The notes: generated by a model not told the origin, from the sequence alone. Counted from the stretch's first letter, positions 38,566 through 48,620 are shown. The stretch is 64,000 bases of DNA from an uncultured Acidobacteriota bacterium (GCA_963704285.1 OY969886.1:1854234-1918233), one strand, 5' to 3'. Numbers and translations: made by a program.

Positions 38566-38672
38566 AGCTTACATCTGCTGGGCCCTCCGGCAAAGGCCAG
38601 AATAGTAGGTTGCTTCGGGGTGGGGATGCCGTTACCGCAAATCAAATCCTCGGCATACTCGGCGGTAAGACT

Positions 38673-39410
38673 CTACTTCTTGCGCTCGTCGCCGGCGACC
38701 TTGCCGTCCTTGAGGTGAATGATGCGGTGGGCGTGCTCGGCGATGTCATGTTCGTGCGTGACCAGCACGATGGTGTTCCCCTGCTGATGGAGCCGGTCGA
38801 GCAGGGCCATGATCTCGGCGCCGGTCTGTGAGTCCAGGTTCCCGGTGGGCTCGTCGGCCAGGATGATGGCGGGATTGTTGACCAGCGCCCGCGCGACGGC
38901 CACACGCTGCCGCTGACCGCCGGAGAGCTCGTTGGGCTTGTGCATCATGCGGTCGGCGAGATCAACGGCCTTCAGCGCCGCCTTGGCGCGCTCGATGCGT
39001 TCTTCCGACGCGGTGCCGTTGTAGATGAGCGGCAGCTCGACGTTGTGCAATGCGGTAGCACGGGCCAGCAGGTTGAAGGTCTGGAACACGAAGCCGATCT
39101 CTTTGTTGCGGATGCGCGCCAGCTCGTCGTCGTCCAGATCGCTGACCAGTTGTCCATTGAGCCAGTAGCGTCCTTTGGTGGGACTATCCAGGCAGCCGAT
39201 CAGGTTCATCAGCGTGGACTTGCCCGACCCCGAGGGCCCCATGATGGCGACGTACTCGTTGCGGTCGATGCGCAAGTCCACCCCGCGCAACGCATGCACT
39301 TGCTGCTCCGAGCCCATGTCATAGGTCTTCCACAGGTCCTCGGTGCAGATCATGCAGTTGGACGGCGGGGCGGTCGGTTTCTCGCTGATGGTGGCGACTT
39401 GAGTGGACAT
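38673..39410 (-). CDS. ABC transporter ATP-binding protein (MacB/LolD-like ATPase only)
   Basis: GPSGSGKST Walker [16 protein letters not shown] signature, [11 protein letters not shown] Walker B. Confidence 0.85.
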   Translation of the reverse strand: MSTQVATISEKPTAPPSNCMICTEDLWKTYDMGSEQQVHALRGVDLRIDRNEYVAIMGPSGSGKSTLMNLIGCLDSPTKGRYWLNGQLVSDLDDDELARIRNKEIGFVFQTFNLLARATALHNVELPLIYNGTASEERIERAKAALKAVDLADRMMHKPNELSGGQRQRVAVARALVNNPAIILADEPTGNLDSQTGAEIMALLDRLHQQGNTIVLVTHEHDIAEHAHRIIHLKDGKVAGDERKK

Positions 39411-39427
39411 TCTGCTGTCTCCTGGGG

Positions 39428-39485
39428 CTGCTAGCTGCTAGCTCCTGGCTTCTAGCTAGAAGCTAGCGGCTAGGAGCTAGTAGCC
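39428..39485. repeat. CTAG-rich imperfect palindrome between adaptor and ATPase genes
   Basis: GCTGCTAGCTGCTAGCTCCTGGCTTCTAGCTAGAAGCTAGCGGCTAGGAGCTAGTAGC contains 7 CTAG tetramers by hand count. Confidence 0.8.
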
Positions 39486-39514
39486 CTTGTTTAGACGCTC
39501 GTGCCCTCTTTCGG

Positions 39515-40885
39515 TTATGACTCTTCCTGCTTCTTAACGGTGTTATCGATCTTGACCGGGGCTTCGTTCTTGAGGGTGCGCAGGACCTTGTAACTGCCCA
39601 CCACGATCTCGTCCCCTGGCTTGAGCCCGCTGGTGACCTCGATGTCGGTGGTGCCCGTGATGCCGGTCTCCACCGGCACGAAGACCGCCTTCCGGTCACG
39701 AATCACAAACACTCCCTGGATCTCTTCCTTGTTTTTCTTCGCTTGCGTGGCCGAGGGCGCCGCCGCCTCGACCGCTCCCTTGGCCTTCGGCTCCAGGTCG
39801 GCGCGTTGCCGGATGGTCAGCGCCTGGATGGGGATGGCCAGCACGCCGGAGCGCGTGGCCGTGGTGATCTTGGCGGTGGTGGAGAGCCCGGGCCGCAGGT
39901 TCTGCGGCGGCTCCTCGAGCGTGACCTTCACTTTGAAGTCCTTGGCCTCCTGGCTGCTGGCCAGCGTCTGCGAAGTGGCCACGCCGGTGGAGCGCACGAT
40001 GGCATTCTCCCCGATCTCGCTCACGTGCCCCTTGAACACCTTGTTGGGGATGGCGTCGATGGTGACGTCGGCCGGCTGCCCCAGCTTCACGTTGACGATG
40101 TCGGTCTCGTCCACTTTGACCTCGGCGGTGATGACCGACATATCCGCCAGCGTCATCAGCGTGCTGCCGGGCTGGTTCTGGATGCCGATGACCACCGTCT
40201 CCCCCTCGCGCACCGGCAGGTTGGTGATGGTGCCGTCGAACGGGGCGCTGTAGACGGTCTTCTGCAACACGTCGGAGGCGTGGGTCAGGCTGGCTGCCGC
40301 CTGCTTCACGCGCTGGTGCGATGCGTCGCGCTGCGCCTTGGTCTGCACGATGCGCGCCTGCGCCTGCTCCAGGCCGCTGGCGGAAGCTTCCCAGGCCGCC
40401 TCGCGGGCGTCGAAATCCTGCTTGGCGATGAGCTGGTCCTTGAACAGGCCCTGGGCGCGCTCATAGTCGAGCTTTTTCTGCGCGGCGTCGGCTTTGGCGC
40501 GGGCCAGGTCGGCGACTGCGGTATTGTAAGCGGCTTCCGCGGCGGCGGCGTCGCCATTGCTGGCCTGCAGCGATGCCTGCATGGCCGTAACGTCCGCCGC
40601 CGGCTGCACGTTCTCGATCTGCGCCAGCAACTGTCCCCGCTTCACCCTGTCGCCTTCCTTGACGTAGAGGTGCGTGATCTTGCCGAAGGCGTTGGCGCCG
40701 ATGTTGACGTAGGTCTTGGGATTGACCTCGCCGGAGGCGGTTACCACGCTGGCAAGATCTTCGCGCACCACGCGCCCGCTCTGCACCGCGACCACGTTCT
40801 TGCGGCTCTGGTACACCGTGAATCCCACCGCGGAGCCGAGCACGATGACCGCTCCCGCGATGATGCCGATCTTCTTCCAGTTCAT
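39515..40885 (-). CDS. Efflux periplasmic adaptor subunit (HlyD/MacA family)
   Basis: N-terminal TM, lipoyl-like VKEGDRVKRGQLLAQIE, long coiled coil, beta-barrel GEVNP.../VVIGIQNQPG. Confidence 0.8.
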   Translation of the reverse strand: MNWKKIGIIAGAVIVLGSAVGFTVYQSRKNVVAVQSGRVVREDLASVVTASGEVNPKTYVNIGANAFGKITHLYVKEGDRVKRGQLLAQIENVQPAADVTAMQASLQASNGDAAAAEAAYNTAVADLARAKADAAQKKLDYERAQGLFKDQLIAKQDFDAREAAWEASASGLEQAQARIVQTKAQRDASHQRVKQAAASLTHASDVLQKTVYSAPFDGTITNLPVREGETVVIGIQNQPGSTLMTLADMSVITAEVKVDETDIVNVKLGQPADVTIDAIPNKVFKGHVSEIGENAIVRSTGVATSQTLASSQEAKDFKVKVTLEEPPQNLRPGLSTTAKITTATRSGVLAIPIQALTIRQRADLEPKAKGAVEAAAPSATQAKKNKEEIQGVFVIRDRKAVFVPVETGITGTTDIEVTSGLKPGDEIVVGSYKVLRTLKNEAPVKIDNTVKKQEES

Positions 40886-41374
40886 GATTCCTCTGCTTCT
40901 AGTGCGTCAACCGCCAGCGGCGCGCAGGCAGCCGGCACGCCCCGCAAGGGGTGGGCCCATCCATTCATAGATACGCCGGATTGCCGTAGAAAGTTTCGTT
41001 GCGCCCGGGGCGCCCGCCGGCCTGACCGGCTACGCCCGCCGAGGTGGAGAGGAACCTTGGATATAAACCGGCCTTTCTTTTCCCCTCTGGTTCGATTATA
41101 TCGGGTGGCTGCGGCGATTCGCACCTGCGAAAGTTCTGCCGCTACCGGGCGAGGGAGCCGGGCAGGCGCAGAGCCTTGCCTTTTCCGCAGCTTAGGACAT
41201 AGAATCTGCTGGAATACAGGATCGCCAATTTAGTCAATCACACGGTGCTGCTGCCGGCGGTAGAGTCAACGCAGGAGGTGGGCAATGTGGGTGACGAGTT
41301 GATGCTCGCCTGGATCCTGCGGCTGGTTTACCGTAGAGTAATCGGACCCCGTTCCCGGGGGCAGGTGGTAGAGG

Positions 41375-43051
41375 ATGGCACGAAAACTGGGGTGCTTGCT
41401 GGCGCTGATCATGGTGGTGGCGCCGGCGTGTGCCGCCACGGTGCCGGGCTCGATTTCCGGGTACGTGAAGAACTCGAGCGGAGTGCCGCAAATGGGCGTG
41501 GCGGTGGAGATCGTCTCGCCCCAGGGTCCGCTGGGCGCCACCGTCTTTACCGACGCGCGCGGCTATTACAAGGCTTCCGGCCTGTCCGCCGGCGCCTACC
41601 AGGTGAAGGCCTCGGCTTTCTCCTATATGCCCAGTCTGCGGGAGAACGTCGCCCTGCGCGCTGGCGCGAACCTCATCGTCAATCTAACGCTAACCACGCT
41701 GTTCGAAGCGGTGCAGTGGTTGCCGCCGCGCCGTACTTCTCCCCAGCAGGACGACGATTGGAAGTGGACCCTGCGCACGGCCACCAGCCGCCCCATCCTG
41801 CGCGTGCTCGATGACGGCGCTCCGGCCAAGAGCAAAGACCGTATTTTGAAGGCGCAGGTGTCGTTCATCGCCGGCTCCGAGAATGAGGGCTTCGGCAGCG
41901 CGGCCGACATGACCACGCAGTTCCGCCTCGAGCAATCCCTCTTCTCCGCCGGAACCTTGACGCTGGGCGGCAACGTGGGCTACGGCAGCGGCACCCCGGC
42001 GGCCGTGGTGCGGGCAGGTTACTCGCATCAGATGCCGGACGGCTCCCGCCCCGAGATGGCCTTGACGGTACGCCGCTTTGCCATGCCCGATTCGGTGCAG
42101 CACGATGGTGCCCTCGGTGCGCTGGCGTTCACGGTCGCGGACGGGATCACGCTCGCCGACCTCATCGACCTCAGCTTCGGCGGCGAATTCCAGGCCATCG
42201 ACTTCCGGGGACGGGTGACGGCCTTCCGTCCTTACGGCGTGGCTACCGTGCACGTTTCACCGAACACCGTGGTCCAATACAGCTATGCCACGTCGGAACC
42301 CAACACGCGGATGGCCAAGGGCTTCGATACCGCTCCCGTCGACCGCAGCGAGTCGGGGCCGCGGGTTTCGATGCGCGGCGACCGCGCCCTGTTGGAGCAC
42401 GCCCAGCACCATGAACTCTCGGTATCGCGCCGCCTCGGCAACAACAACCTGCAAGTCGCGGCGTACTCCGACCATGTCCGCGATGCGGCGTTGGTCGGCG
42501 TGGGCGAAGTGACCGCGGATACAGGCGAATTTCTGCCCGACGTTTACTCCGGCACCTTCACCTACAACGGCGGCGAACTCTCGACGCAGGGTCTGCGCGT
42601 GGTGGTCGAACGCAGGTTCCTGCCGAACCTGACCGCGACCTTGGATTACGGCTACGGTGGCGTTATCGCCCTGCCCGGTTCCGGCATCTCCTGGCAGGAG
42701 GCGCAGGCTCTGTTGCGGGTGGAGCGCCGGCATGCGGCGGCCGTCAAGCTCGCGGGCGGCGTCCCGCATTGCAAGACACACTGGATCGCTTCCTACAAAT
42801 GGACCAGCGGACCCGCCCTGACCCCGGTGGACATGTTCAACGCCTCCCCCGGCGAATCGGACCCCTATCTCAATATCTTCCTCCGCCAGCCGCTTCCCGC
42901 CTCTTTCGTCCCCGGCCACATGGAGGCGCTGCTCGACCTGCGCAACCTTTTGGCCCAGGGATACATCCCCGTGCTGGGGCAGGACGGGCAAACGCTGTAT
43001 CTGGTGCAGTCCTCACGCTCCATCCGCGGCGGGCTGGCGTTCACCTTCTAG
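41375..43051 (+). CDS. Outer-membrane beta-barrel protein with carboxypeptidase-regulatory-like N-domain
   Basis: Signal MARKLGCLLALIMVVAPACAA. ISGYVKNSSGVPQMGVAVEIVS...TDARGYYKASGLSAGAYQVKAS. C-terminal aromatic residue (LAFTF). Confidence 0.55.
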   Translation: MARKLGCLLALIMVVAPACAATVPGSISGYVKNSSGVPQMGVAVEIVSPQGPLGATVFTDARGYYKASGLSAGAYQVKASAFSYMPSLRENVALRAGANLIVNLTLTTLFEAVQWLPPRRTSPQQDDDWKWTLRTATSRPILRVLDDGAPAKSKDRILKAQVSFIAGSENEGFGSAADMTTQFRLEQSLFSAGTLTLGGNVGYGSGTPAAVVRAGYSHQMPDGSRPEMALTVRRFAMPDSVQHDGALGALAFTVADGITLADLIDLSFGGEFQAIDFRGRVTAFRPYGVATVHVSPNTVVQYSYATSEPNTRMAKGFDTAPVDRSESGPRVSMRGDRALLEHAQHHELSVSRRLGNNNLQVAAYSDHVRDAALVGVGEVTADTGEFLPDVYSGTFTYNGGELSTQGLRVVVERRFLPNLTATLDYGYGGVIALPGSGISWQEAQALLRVERRHAAAVKLAGGVPHCKTHWIASYKWTSGPALTPVDMFNASPGESDPYLNIFLRQPLPASFVPGHMEALLDLRNLLAQGYIPVLGQDGQTLYLVQSSRSIRGGLAFTF

Positions 43052-43156
43052 CCGAATCCCATCCTCGGCAGGTCGCGAGAGTTTACCTCTCTTTACAATT
43101 TCTTTCACGCAGTCCACTGTAGGATATGAGCTCAACCCAAGGAGGGTCGTTGCGCC

Positions 43157-43657
43157 ATGGCCTCTCCGCTGCACTCGCCAACCTTGAACCGGAGTGCCCG
43201 TGGTCCGCTTGCTCGTGCGTTGCGCTTCAAATGGGCGGGATTCTCGGCCATCGTGATCTTCGCGGCCGTGTATTGGATCGACGCATGGCTCGTGCACCAT
43301 GGCCTGCGTCCGGAAGCCACCCTCCTGGACAACCTCCTGCTCAGTGCGCTGGTGTTCGCGCTTGGGATCGCACAGCAGTTAAGGTACGAGCGTGAACTCG
43401 AAAGACACAGACAGCTCATGGGCATTGTTGCCGATATGAACCACCACACGCGTAATGCCTTGCAGGTGATCGTCAGCCGCTCGGTTCTGTCCATCGCGGA
43501 CTCGACTGCCATTGAAGACATTCGGCAGGCTGTCAAGCGGATCGACTGGTGTCTGCGAGAGATCCTGCCCAACGCCGACGGGACCACCGCGAGCAAGGCG
43601 GGGGCGCCGGAGTTTCCACGCCACCACGCGGCGCGCTCTCACAAATGGGGGAGCTGA
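43157..43657 (+). CDS. Membrane protein with histidine-kinase DHp/H-box-like segment but no ATPase domain
   Basis: Two TM segments, then ELERHRQLMGIVADMNHHTRNALQVIVS (resembles the E..HR.KN.LQ H-box). The ORF ends about 60 aa later. SD AAGGAGGG. Confidence 0.4.
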   Translation: MASPLHSPTLNRSARGPLARALRFKWAGFSAIVIFAAVYWIDAWLVHHGLRPEATLLDNLLLSALVFALGIAQQLRYERELERHRQLMGIVADMNHHTRNALQVIVSRSVLSIADSTAIEDIRQAVKRIDWCLREILPNADGTTASKAGAPEFPRHHAARSHKWGS

Positions 43658-43733
43658 CCGGCTGAATGCAGAGGAAGGCACTAGACACACCCATAGAGCG
43701 GAACGAACACAGGCGTCGGCGTGGGCGGCCGCT

Positions 43734-44273
43734 TCAGATTGCGGCCGAGACGCGGGTGGCGTAAGCCGGGTCTTGCAGGCGCGTCAGCCGCACCAAGCCC
43801 TGGGTCAGGTTCTCATAGGTGTCCGTGACTCGGCCGACCGAGATCCGCGCACCCGGCAGAACAATCCGTCCATAGAGCACCACCGTGGCCAGCCTGGCGT
43901 TCAGGCGCAGCCGCAGGGCATTGTTGACCAGCTCGCGTGCGGCAGCCGCCACCTCGGGGTTGGGGTTGCGGCGTGCGGCTTCACCCACACGCAGCAGGAT
44001 GGCGCCGTTGTAGGCGGTGCGCTGCACATACTCGAGCGCAGCGCGCAGGCGCTCCCGTTGGATGGCGCGGTACTTGTCCGCGGGCAGGTGTTCGCGCAGG
44101 TAGTCCTCTTCGGCTGGATCGATCAGGTTGCGGAAGGCGGCCAGGTCCACCGGCCGCGTGTACTCCTCCAAGGCCTGCAGGCCAGGCACCGGATGGTGAT
44201 GGCGGCGGGCGGCCCGGATCAGCACCAGGACGGCCACCACGGCAAGTGCGATAAGTAACAGAGTCGTAATCAT
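43734..44273 (-). CDS. Hypothetical membrane-anchored protein
   Basis: ATG 44273 inside ORF 43734..44375. N-terminal TM MITTLLLIALAVVAVLVLI. No family recognised. Confidence 0.4.
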   Translation of the reverse strand: MITTLLLIALAVVAVLVLIRAARRHHHPVPGLQALEEYTRPVDLAAFRNLIDPAEEDYLREHLPADKYRAIQRERLRAALEYVQRTAYNGAILLRVGEAARRNPNPEVAAAARELVNNALRLRLNARLATVVLYGRIVLPGARISVGRVTDTYENLTQGLVRLTRLQDPAYATRVSAAI

Positions 44274-44476
44274 CGTTCGAGTATTTCCCGTAAGGCCTGG
44301 TTCCACTTTTCCAGGTGGTTGTGGAGCACGACGCCGCTGTATTGCGGCGCCGGCTCCGGCGCCAACAGATAGCAAAACCAGATCATCACGCCGCAGCTAT
44401 AGGCTGCGCTGTTCACCTGCGACCATGCGGTGTCGGCGATTGCGCCGATCTGTGAGCGAACCGCGACCGCTACCAA
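44270..44476 (-). CDS. Hypothetical 68-aa ORF (TTG start), 4-nt overlap with downstream gene
   Basis: ORF track only. One hydrophobic segment. Weak support. Confidence 0.2.
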   Translation of the reverse strand: MVAVAVRSQIGAIADTAWSQVNSAAYSCGVMIWFCYLLAPEPAPQYSGVVLHNHLEKWNQALREILER

Positions 44477-44615
44477 TTCTTAATACATGGACTAGTTTTT
44501 TCATTGGGAGCTCTCCTCGCAGGCGAAGTAAACTTGCAGTCCCGAATCTGCCGGTTCGGAGAAAGGCTGTGCGGGAAATCGTAGCGGCGTCCGATTTTCT
44601 GAAAGTGGAACAGAC

Positions 44616-45002
44616 GTGACCCTGCTGGCGATCAAGGACGACTTCTTCCAGCGCACTCTGGCCAACATCCCCGGGCTGCTGGGCAAGCTGGACTACGTGG
44701 CGGAGTTACGGGAGAACGGCAGGTATGTGCACTGGGGCCTGACCCGCGTCTATGGCGAGGAGGGGATGCAGCGCACGGTGGCGGAAGTGCATCGCGGGTT
44801 GTTCTTGCAGGTGCTGCGCACGCCCTTACGCCAGCTGGTGGAGGATGTGACGCGCGCGGCCGCCCTCCAGCGCTCCGAGGTCAGGCCGTATCTGGAAACG
44901 GTCTTGCGGGATCCGCGCGCGCTGGTGCCTCCGAACCTGGGCGGAGGTTCCAAGGCACACTTCAATTCAGTGGTCGCGGCCCTTTTGTCGGTTCTCCGCT
45001 AG
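44616..45002 (+). CDS. Hypothetical protein
   Basis: 128-aa ORF (GTG start). No family recognised. 3' end overlaps the convergent regulator gene by 41 nt. Confidence 0.4.
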   Translation: MTLLAIKDDFFQRTLANIPGLLGKLDYVAELRENGRYVHWGLTRVYGEEGMQRTVAEVHRGLFLQVLRTPLRQLVEDVTRAAALQRSEVRPYLETVLRDPRALVPPNLGGGSKAHFNSVVAALLSVLR

Positions 45003-45819
45003 CCGGAACTTCCCGGCTGCAAACGGGGCGCCAGCCGTCCAGCCGCATGGCAATGCCTACCACCTGTCCCAGGACCTCGACCTCCTGCGACTGCTTCAGC
45101 ATGCGCACCGGCGCCGGCGACAGCGGGTGGGGTTGCAGGATGAGGCAGTCGCCTTTCAGCGAGCACCAACAGGCGGTGTAACCGTCTCGCATTTCGACGA
45201 AGTAGATGGGCCGCTCATACTCCGAACGCCAACTGCCCTCCACTACCGTGTTGGCCGATTCATCCACCTGGATGAACGATCCCGGCAGCAGCACCGGATA
45301 CATGGTGAAGTCCTCGCTGCCGATATAGCCATAGGTGTACTTGGTGCCGGTGAACTGCGACAGGTAGGCCAGCGGCACCAGGCCCCAGCGCTCGATCATG
45401 CGCCCTAGATTGGCCGTCCGCCGGGGATCGAATCCGGGATCCAGCCGGACCGGCACGTTCACCGCCATCAGGCTATCCAAGGCCTCTGAAATGTGAGACT
45501 TAGGAGGCTCCGAAAGCGCCAGGTCGGCAGCCGTCTCGTTCAGGTCAATGCCGTACCAGACGAAGAACTCACGCAGATCCCGGCGGTAGATCACGGAAAG
45601 GGAATACAGCCGGTAAATGTTGGGCAGGATACCCTTGGTCTCGATATCGGAGAGCCGGCTGGGAGAGATGGCAAAATTCTCGTTGCCATGGCGGGCAGCG
45701 ATGCGCCCGCTGGCCGCTTCTACATCCCGGATGGTGAGTCCCAGGTCTTCCCGCAGTCCGCGTAAACGTTGACCCGCTGGTAACACGTTGACTCTCTCCC
45801 TGTATTCGCCTTCTAACAC
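44962..45819 (-). CDS. XRE-family HTH regulator with C-terminal LexA/CI-like (S24 fold) domain
   Basis: LRGLREDLGLTIRDVEAAS...SRLSDIE (HTH_XRE). C-terminal GSEDFTMYPVLLPGSFIQVD...CWCSLKGDCLILQPHP...VLGQVVGI parallels GDSM.P...GD...VD...vKrl...L.p.N of S24 peptidases, with Thr in place of the Ser nucleophile. Confidence 0.55.
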   Translation of the reverse strand: MLEGEYRERVNVLPAGQRLRGLREDLGLTIRDVEAASGRIAARHGNENFAISPSRLSDIETKGILPNIYRLYSLSVIYRRDLREFFVWYGIDLNETAADLALSEPPKSHISEALDSLMAVNVPVRLDPGFDPRRTANLGRMIERWGLVPLAYLSQFTGTKYTYGYIGSEDFTMYPVLLPGSFIQVDESANTVVEGSWRSEYERPIYFVEMRDGYTACWCSLKGDCLILQPHPLSPAPVRMLKQSQEVEVLGQVVGIAMRLDGWRPVCSREVPASGEPTKGPRPLN

Positions 45820-45861
45820 ACCGCTGCCCTAAAAATAAAGCAATCTCTCTGGCGTCATGCG

Positions 45862-45889
45862 GCCATGTTCTGAAATCAGAACAAATGGC
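45862..45889. promoter_or_regulatory. Operator-like palindrome GTTCTGA-AA-TCAGAAC
   Basis: GCCATGTTCTGAAATCAGAACAAATGGC, 43 nt upstream of the regulator start. Confidence 0.45.
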
Positions 45890-46054
45890 TAGCCACCGCG
45901 ACGCAATGTTGAGGAACAGCGAAACCCCGCGATTTTAGCGGCCTTGAGCGGGTTTTGCCCAGTGCCCACCGGCGACGATTTTCGCTCCTTTACCACCTTT
46001 TGCGCGCCTTCGGCAGATCACCCTCCCGGCCTTCCTGAGAACAAGTGAAGCGCG

Positions 46055-46076
46055 CTTGTTCTGAATTCAGAACAAG
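46055..46076. promoter_or_regulatory. 22-bp perfect palindrome CTTGTTCTGAATTCAGAACAAG (same half-site)
   Basis: Perfect dyad. An additional half-site, TGAGAACAAG, lies at 46036..46045. A T6 run follows after 4 nt. Confidence 0.45.
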
Positions 46077-46195
46077 ACCGTTTTTTCTGACCCGCGGGGT
46101 CTAAGGCTGGCGTACATTCGGCTGGGTAGAGGGATGAACCGGCGCCCTATCCTCGATTATGATGGGTTCCAACCGTCCTCCCTGGGGGGTAACCG

Positions 46196-46519
46196 ATGGT
46201 CAAACCGAAGCAGGAAAAACGCGCGGCCAAGCGAGTGCCATGGCAGCTCCCGGCCAGCGTGAGCTTCCGCGGCTCCGGCCGCGCCCAGGTGGAGCTCCAG
46301 GACATCAGCTCCCGCGGCCTCTTCTTCTTCACCCAGGCCAAGGTCGAGGAGAACTCCAAACTCGAGATCGTGCTCATGATGCCTCCCGAACTGCAGCAGT
46401 TCGGCAGCCAATGGGTGTGCTGCCAGGCCACTGTGGTTCGGGTCGAAGAGGACAACCCGAACCAGAAAATCGGAGTGGCAGCAGTGATCGACCGCTGCGA
46501 AGCCTTGCCCCAGATCTGA
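46196..46519 (+). CDS. PilZ domain protein
   Basis: RAAKRVPW (RxxxR) and LQDISSRGLFF (DxSxxG). Confidence 0.65.
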   Translation: MVKPKQEKRAAKRVPWQLPASVSFRGSGRAQVELQDISSRGLFFFTQAKVEENSKLEIVLMMPPELQQFGSQWVCCQATVVRVEEDNPNQKIGVAAVIDRCEALPQI

Positions 46520-46629
46520 ATCCTGCTATAAATCGTCTGCCGTCTCCGCTGCCGGTTTGTACTATCATTTGAGCCTCGTCGGGTGAGGTGTCTTGAGTTC
46601 CATCTGGCGTCCACTTACAAGGAGCTGCC

Positions 46630-48120
46630 ATGAGCACAGTGCAGGCGCATACCACTCAGCTTCCCAACCACATCGGCGGGCAATGGAGGAATTCCACCGC
46701 CACGGAGTTCCTCAAGGTCGTCAATCCCGCGAGCAATGAGCTGCTGGCGGAAGTCCCGGTGAGCCCAGAGCGCGAGGTGGTGGAGGCGATCGCAGCCGCG
46801 GCTGCGGCCTTCCCTGAATGGCGCCGCACCCCGCCGGAAGAGCGCATCCAGTACCTGTTCAAGCTCAAGCAGCTCCTGGAAACCCATCTGGAAGAGTTGG
46901 CGCGCCTGATCACGCTGGAGAACGGCAAGACCCTGCCCGAGTCGCGCGCCGAGATGCGCCGCAGCATCGAGAGCGTCGAGGTCGCCTGCGGCATCACCAT
47001 GCTAATGCAGGGGAACAACCTGGAAGACGTGGCCCGCGGCATCGACGAAATGACTATCCGCCAGCCGCTGGGCGTGGTCGCCGCCATCACGCCGTTCAAT
47101 TTCCCGGTGATGGTGCCCTTCTGGTTCCTGCCCTTCGCCATCGCCTGCGGCAACACTTTCATCCTGAAGCCCTCGGAGAAGGTCCCAGTCAGCATCCGCC
47201 GCGCCTTCGAGATCATCGAGCAGACCGGCCTGCCCGCGGGCGTGGTCAGCCTGGTGAACGGCACCAAGACCGCCGTGGACACGCTGCTCACCCATCCCAA
47301 GGTGCGTGCCATCAGCTTCGTGGGCTCGACGCCGGTCGCCAAGTACATCTATTCGACCGCCGCCGCCCACGGCAAACGCGTGCAGTGCCAGGGCGGCGCC
47401 AAGAACCACGTGGTCGTGCTCCCCGACGCCGATATGGCCATGACCACGCAGATCATTAGCGACAGCGCCTTCGGCTGCGCCGGCCAGCGCTGCCTGGCCG
47501 TTTCGGTCGCCGTCACCGTGGGCGAAGCGCAGCGCACCTTCCGCGATGCCATCGCCGAGACCGCCGGCTCGCTGCGCGTCGGCTTCGGCCTCGACGACGG
47601 CGTGCAGATGGGCCCGGTCATCACCCGAGAGAGCAAGGCGCGCATCGAAGGCCTGATCGCCAAGGGCGCGAGCGAAGGCGCCAAGGTGCTGCTCGACGGC
47701 CGCAATCCGCGCATCTCCGGCCACGAGGCAGGGAACTTCGTGAAGCCGACGATTCTCGATGGCGTCCCGCCCGACCGCGAGCTGTCACAGACCGAGATTT
47801 TCGGCCCGGTGCTCAGCCTGGTGCACGCCGACGGCGTCGAGCAGGCGATCGACATCCTGTCGCGCAGCGCCTACGGCAACGCCGCCTCGATCTTCACCTC
47901 CAGCGGCGGCGCCGCCCGCAAGTTCCGCTACGAAGCCCCCGCCGGCAACATCGGCGTCAACATCGGCGTGGCCGCGCCCATGGCCTATTTCCCCTTCAGC
48001 GGCTGGAAGGACAGCTTCCTGGGCGTGCTCCACGGCCAGGGCCGTGACGCCGTCGAGTTCTACACCGACCAGAAAGTGGTGATCGAACGCTGGCCCAAGG
48101 AGTGGTCGAGGAAGTTTTAG
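46630..48120 (+). CDS. mmsA: CoA-acylating methylmalonate-semialdehyde dehydrogenase
   Basis: Aldehyde dehydrogenase fold with FNFP, KPSEK, GQRC catalytic Cys context. C-terminal FYT..K.V..RW is typical of MmsA. Confidence 0.85.
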   Translation: MSTVQAHTTQLPNHIGGQWRNSTATEFLKVVNPASNELLAEVPVSPEREVVEAIAAAAAAFPEWRRTPPEERIQYLFKLKQLLETHLEELARLITLENGKTLPESRAEMRRSIESVEVACGITMLMQGNNLEDVARGIDEMTIRQPLGVVAAITPFNFPVMVPFWFLPFAIACGNTFILKPSEKVPVSIRRAFEIIEQTGLPAGVVSLVNGTKTAVDTLLTHPKVRAISFVGSTPVAKYIYSTAAAHGKRVQCQGGAKNHVVVLPDADMAMTTQIISDSAFGCAGQRCLAVSVAVTVGEAQRTFRDAIAETAGSLRVGFGLDDGVQMGPVITRESKARIEGLIAKGASEGAKVLLDGRNPRISGHEAGNFVKPTILDGVPPDRELSQTEIFGPVLSLVHADGVEQAIDILSRSAYGNAASIFTSSGGAARKFRYEAPAGNIGVNIGVAAPMAYFPFSGWKDSFLGVLHGQGRDAVEFYTDQKVVIERWPKEWSRKF

Positions 48121-48171
48121 GACTCACGTGGGATGGGCGTACTGGCCCGCCTCATGACCTATAATCTGCGT

Positions 48172-48396
48172 ATGAAACACCTCACGCTACCCATCATCGT
48201 GGAAGCTGACACGGACGGTTACTTCGTTTCCTGCCCGCCGCTCCAAGGCTGCTACAGCCAGGGAGACACTTACGAAGAAGCCGTGGCAAACATCAAGGAC
48301 GCCATCCGACTGCACATCGAAGATCGCTTGGCAGGCGGCGAGGAGATCCCCGAGCGCGTCTCCGTGAGCCTTTCCACCGTCGAAGTTGCTGTCTGA
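48172..48396 (+). CDS. hicB: Type II antitoxin HicB family
   Basis: LTLPIIVEADTDGYFVSCPPLQGCYSQGDTYEEAVANIKDAIRLHIE (UPF0150/HicB fold). Stop overlaps the hicA start. Confidence 0.75.
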   Translation: MKHLTLPIIVEADTDGYFVSCPPLQGCYSQGDTYEEAVANIKDAIRLHIEDRLAGGEEIPERVSVSLSTVEVAV

Positions 48397-48620
48397 TGCC
48401 AAAGCTGCCGCGCCTCACCGCCCGCCAGGTAATCGCTGCCTTGGAGAAGTCCGGGTTTTCCCTGGCCCGGCAGAGTGGCAGCCATATGATTTACAAGAAC
48501 ACTGCCGGCAAGCGCGTTACCGTCCCTTTCCACGGTGCGAAGATCCTCCACCCAAAGCTACTGAAGAGCATTCTGCGTGATGCCGACCTTAGCACTGAGA
48601 AACTCGCGGACCTTCTGTGA
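48396..48620 (+). CDS. hicA: Type II toxin HicA (mRNA interferase) family
   Basis: LTARQVIAALEKSGFSLARQSGSHMIYKN...VTVPFHG. Confidence 0.8.
   Translation: MPKLPRLTARQVIAALEKSGFSLARQSGSHMIYKNTAGKRVTVPFHGAKILHPKLLKSILRDADLSTEKLADLL

Noticed and set aside
46055-46085. The 22-bp palindrome plus T6 as a Rho-independent terminator
   Set aside because: No upstream plus-strand gene ends here. The stem is AT-rich with a 4-nt gap before the T run. A related dyad and half-site nearby fit an operator better. The terminator reading is kept as an alternative in the finding.
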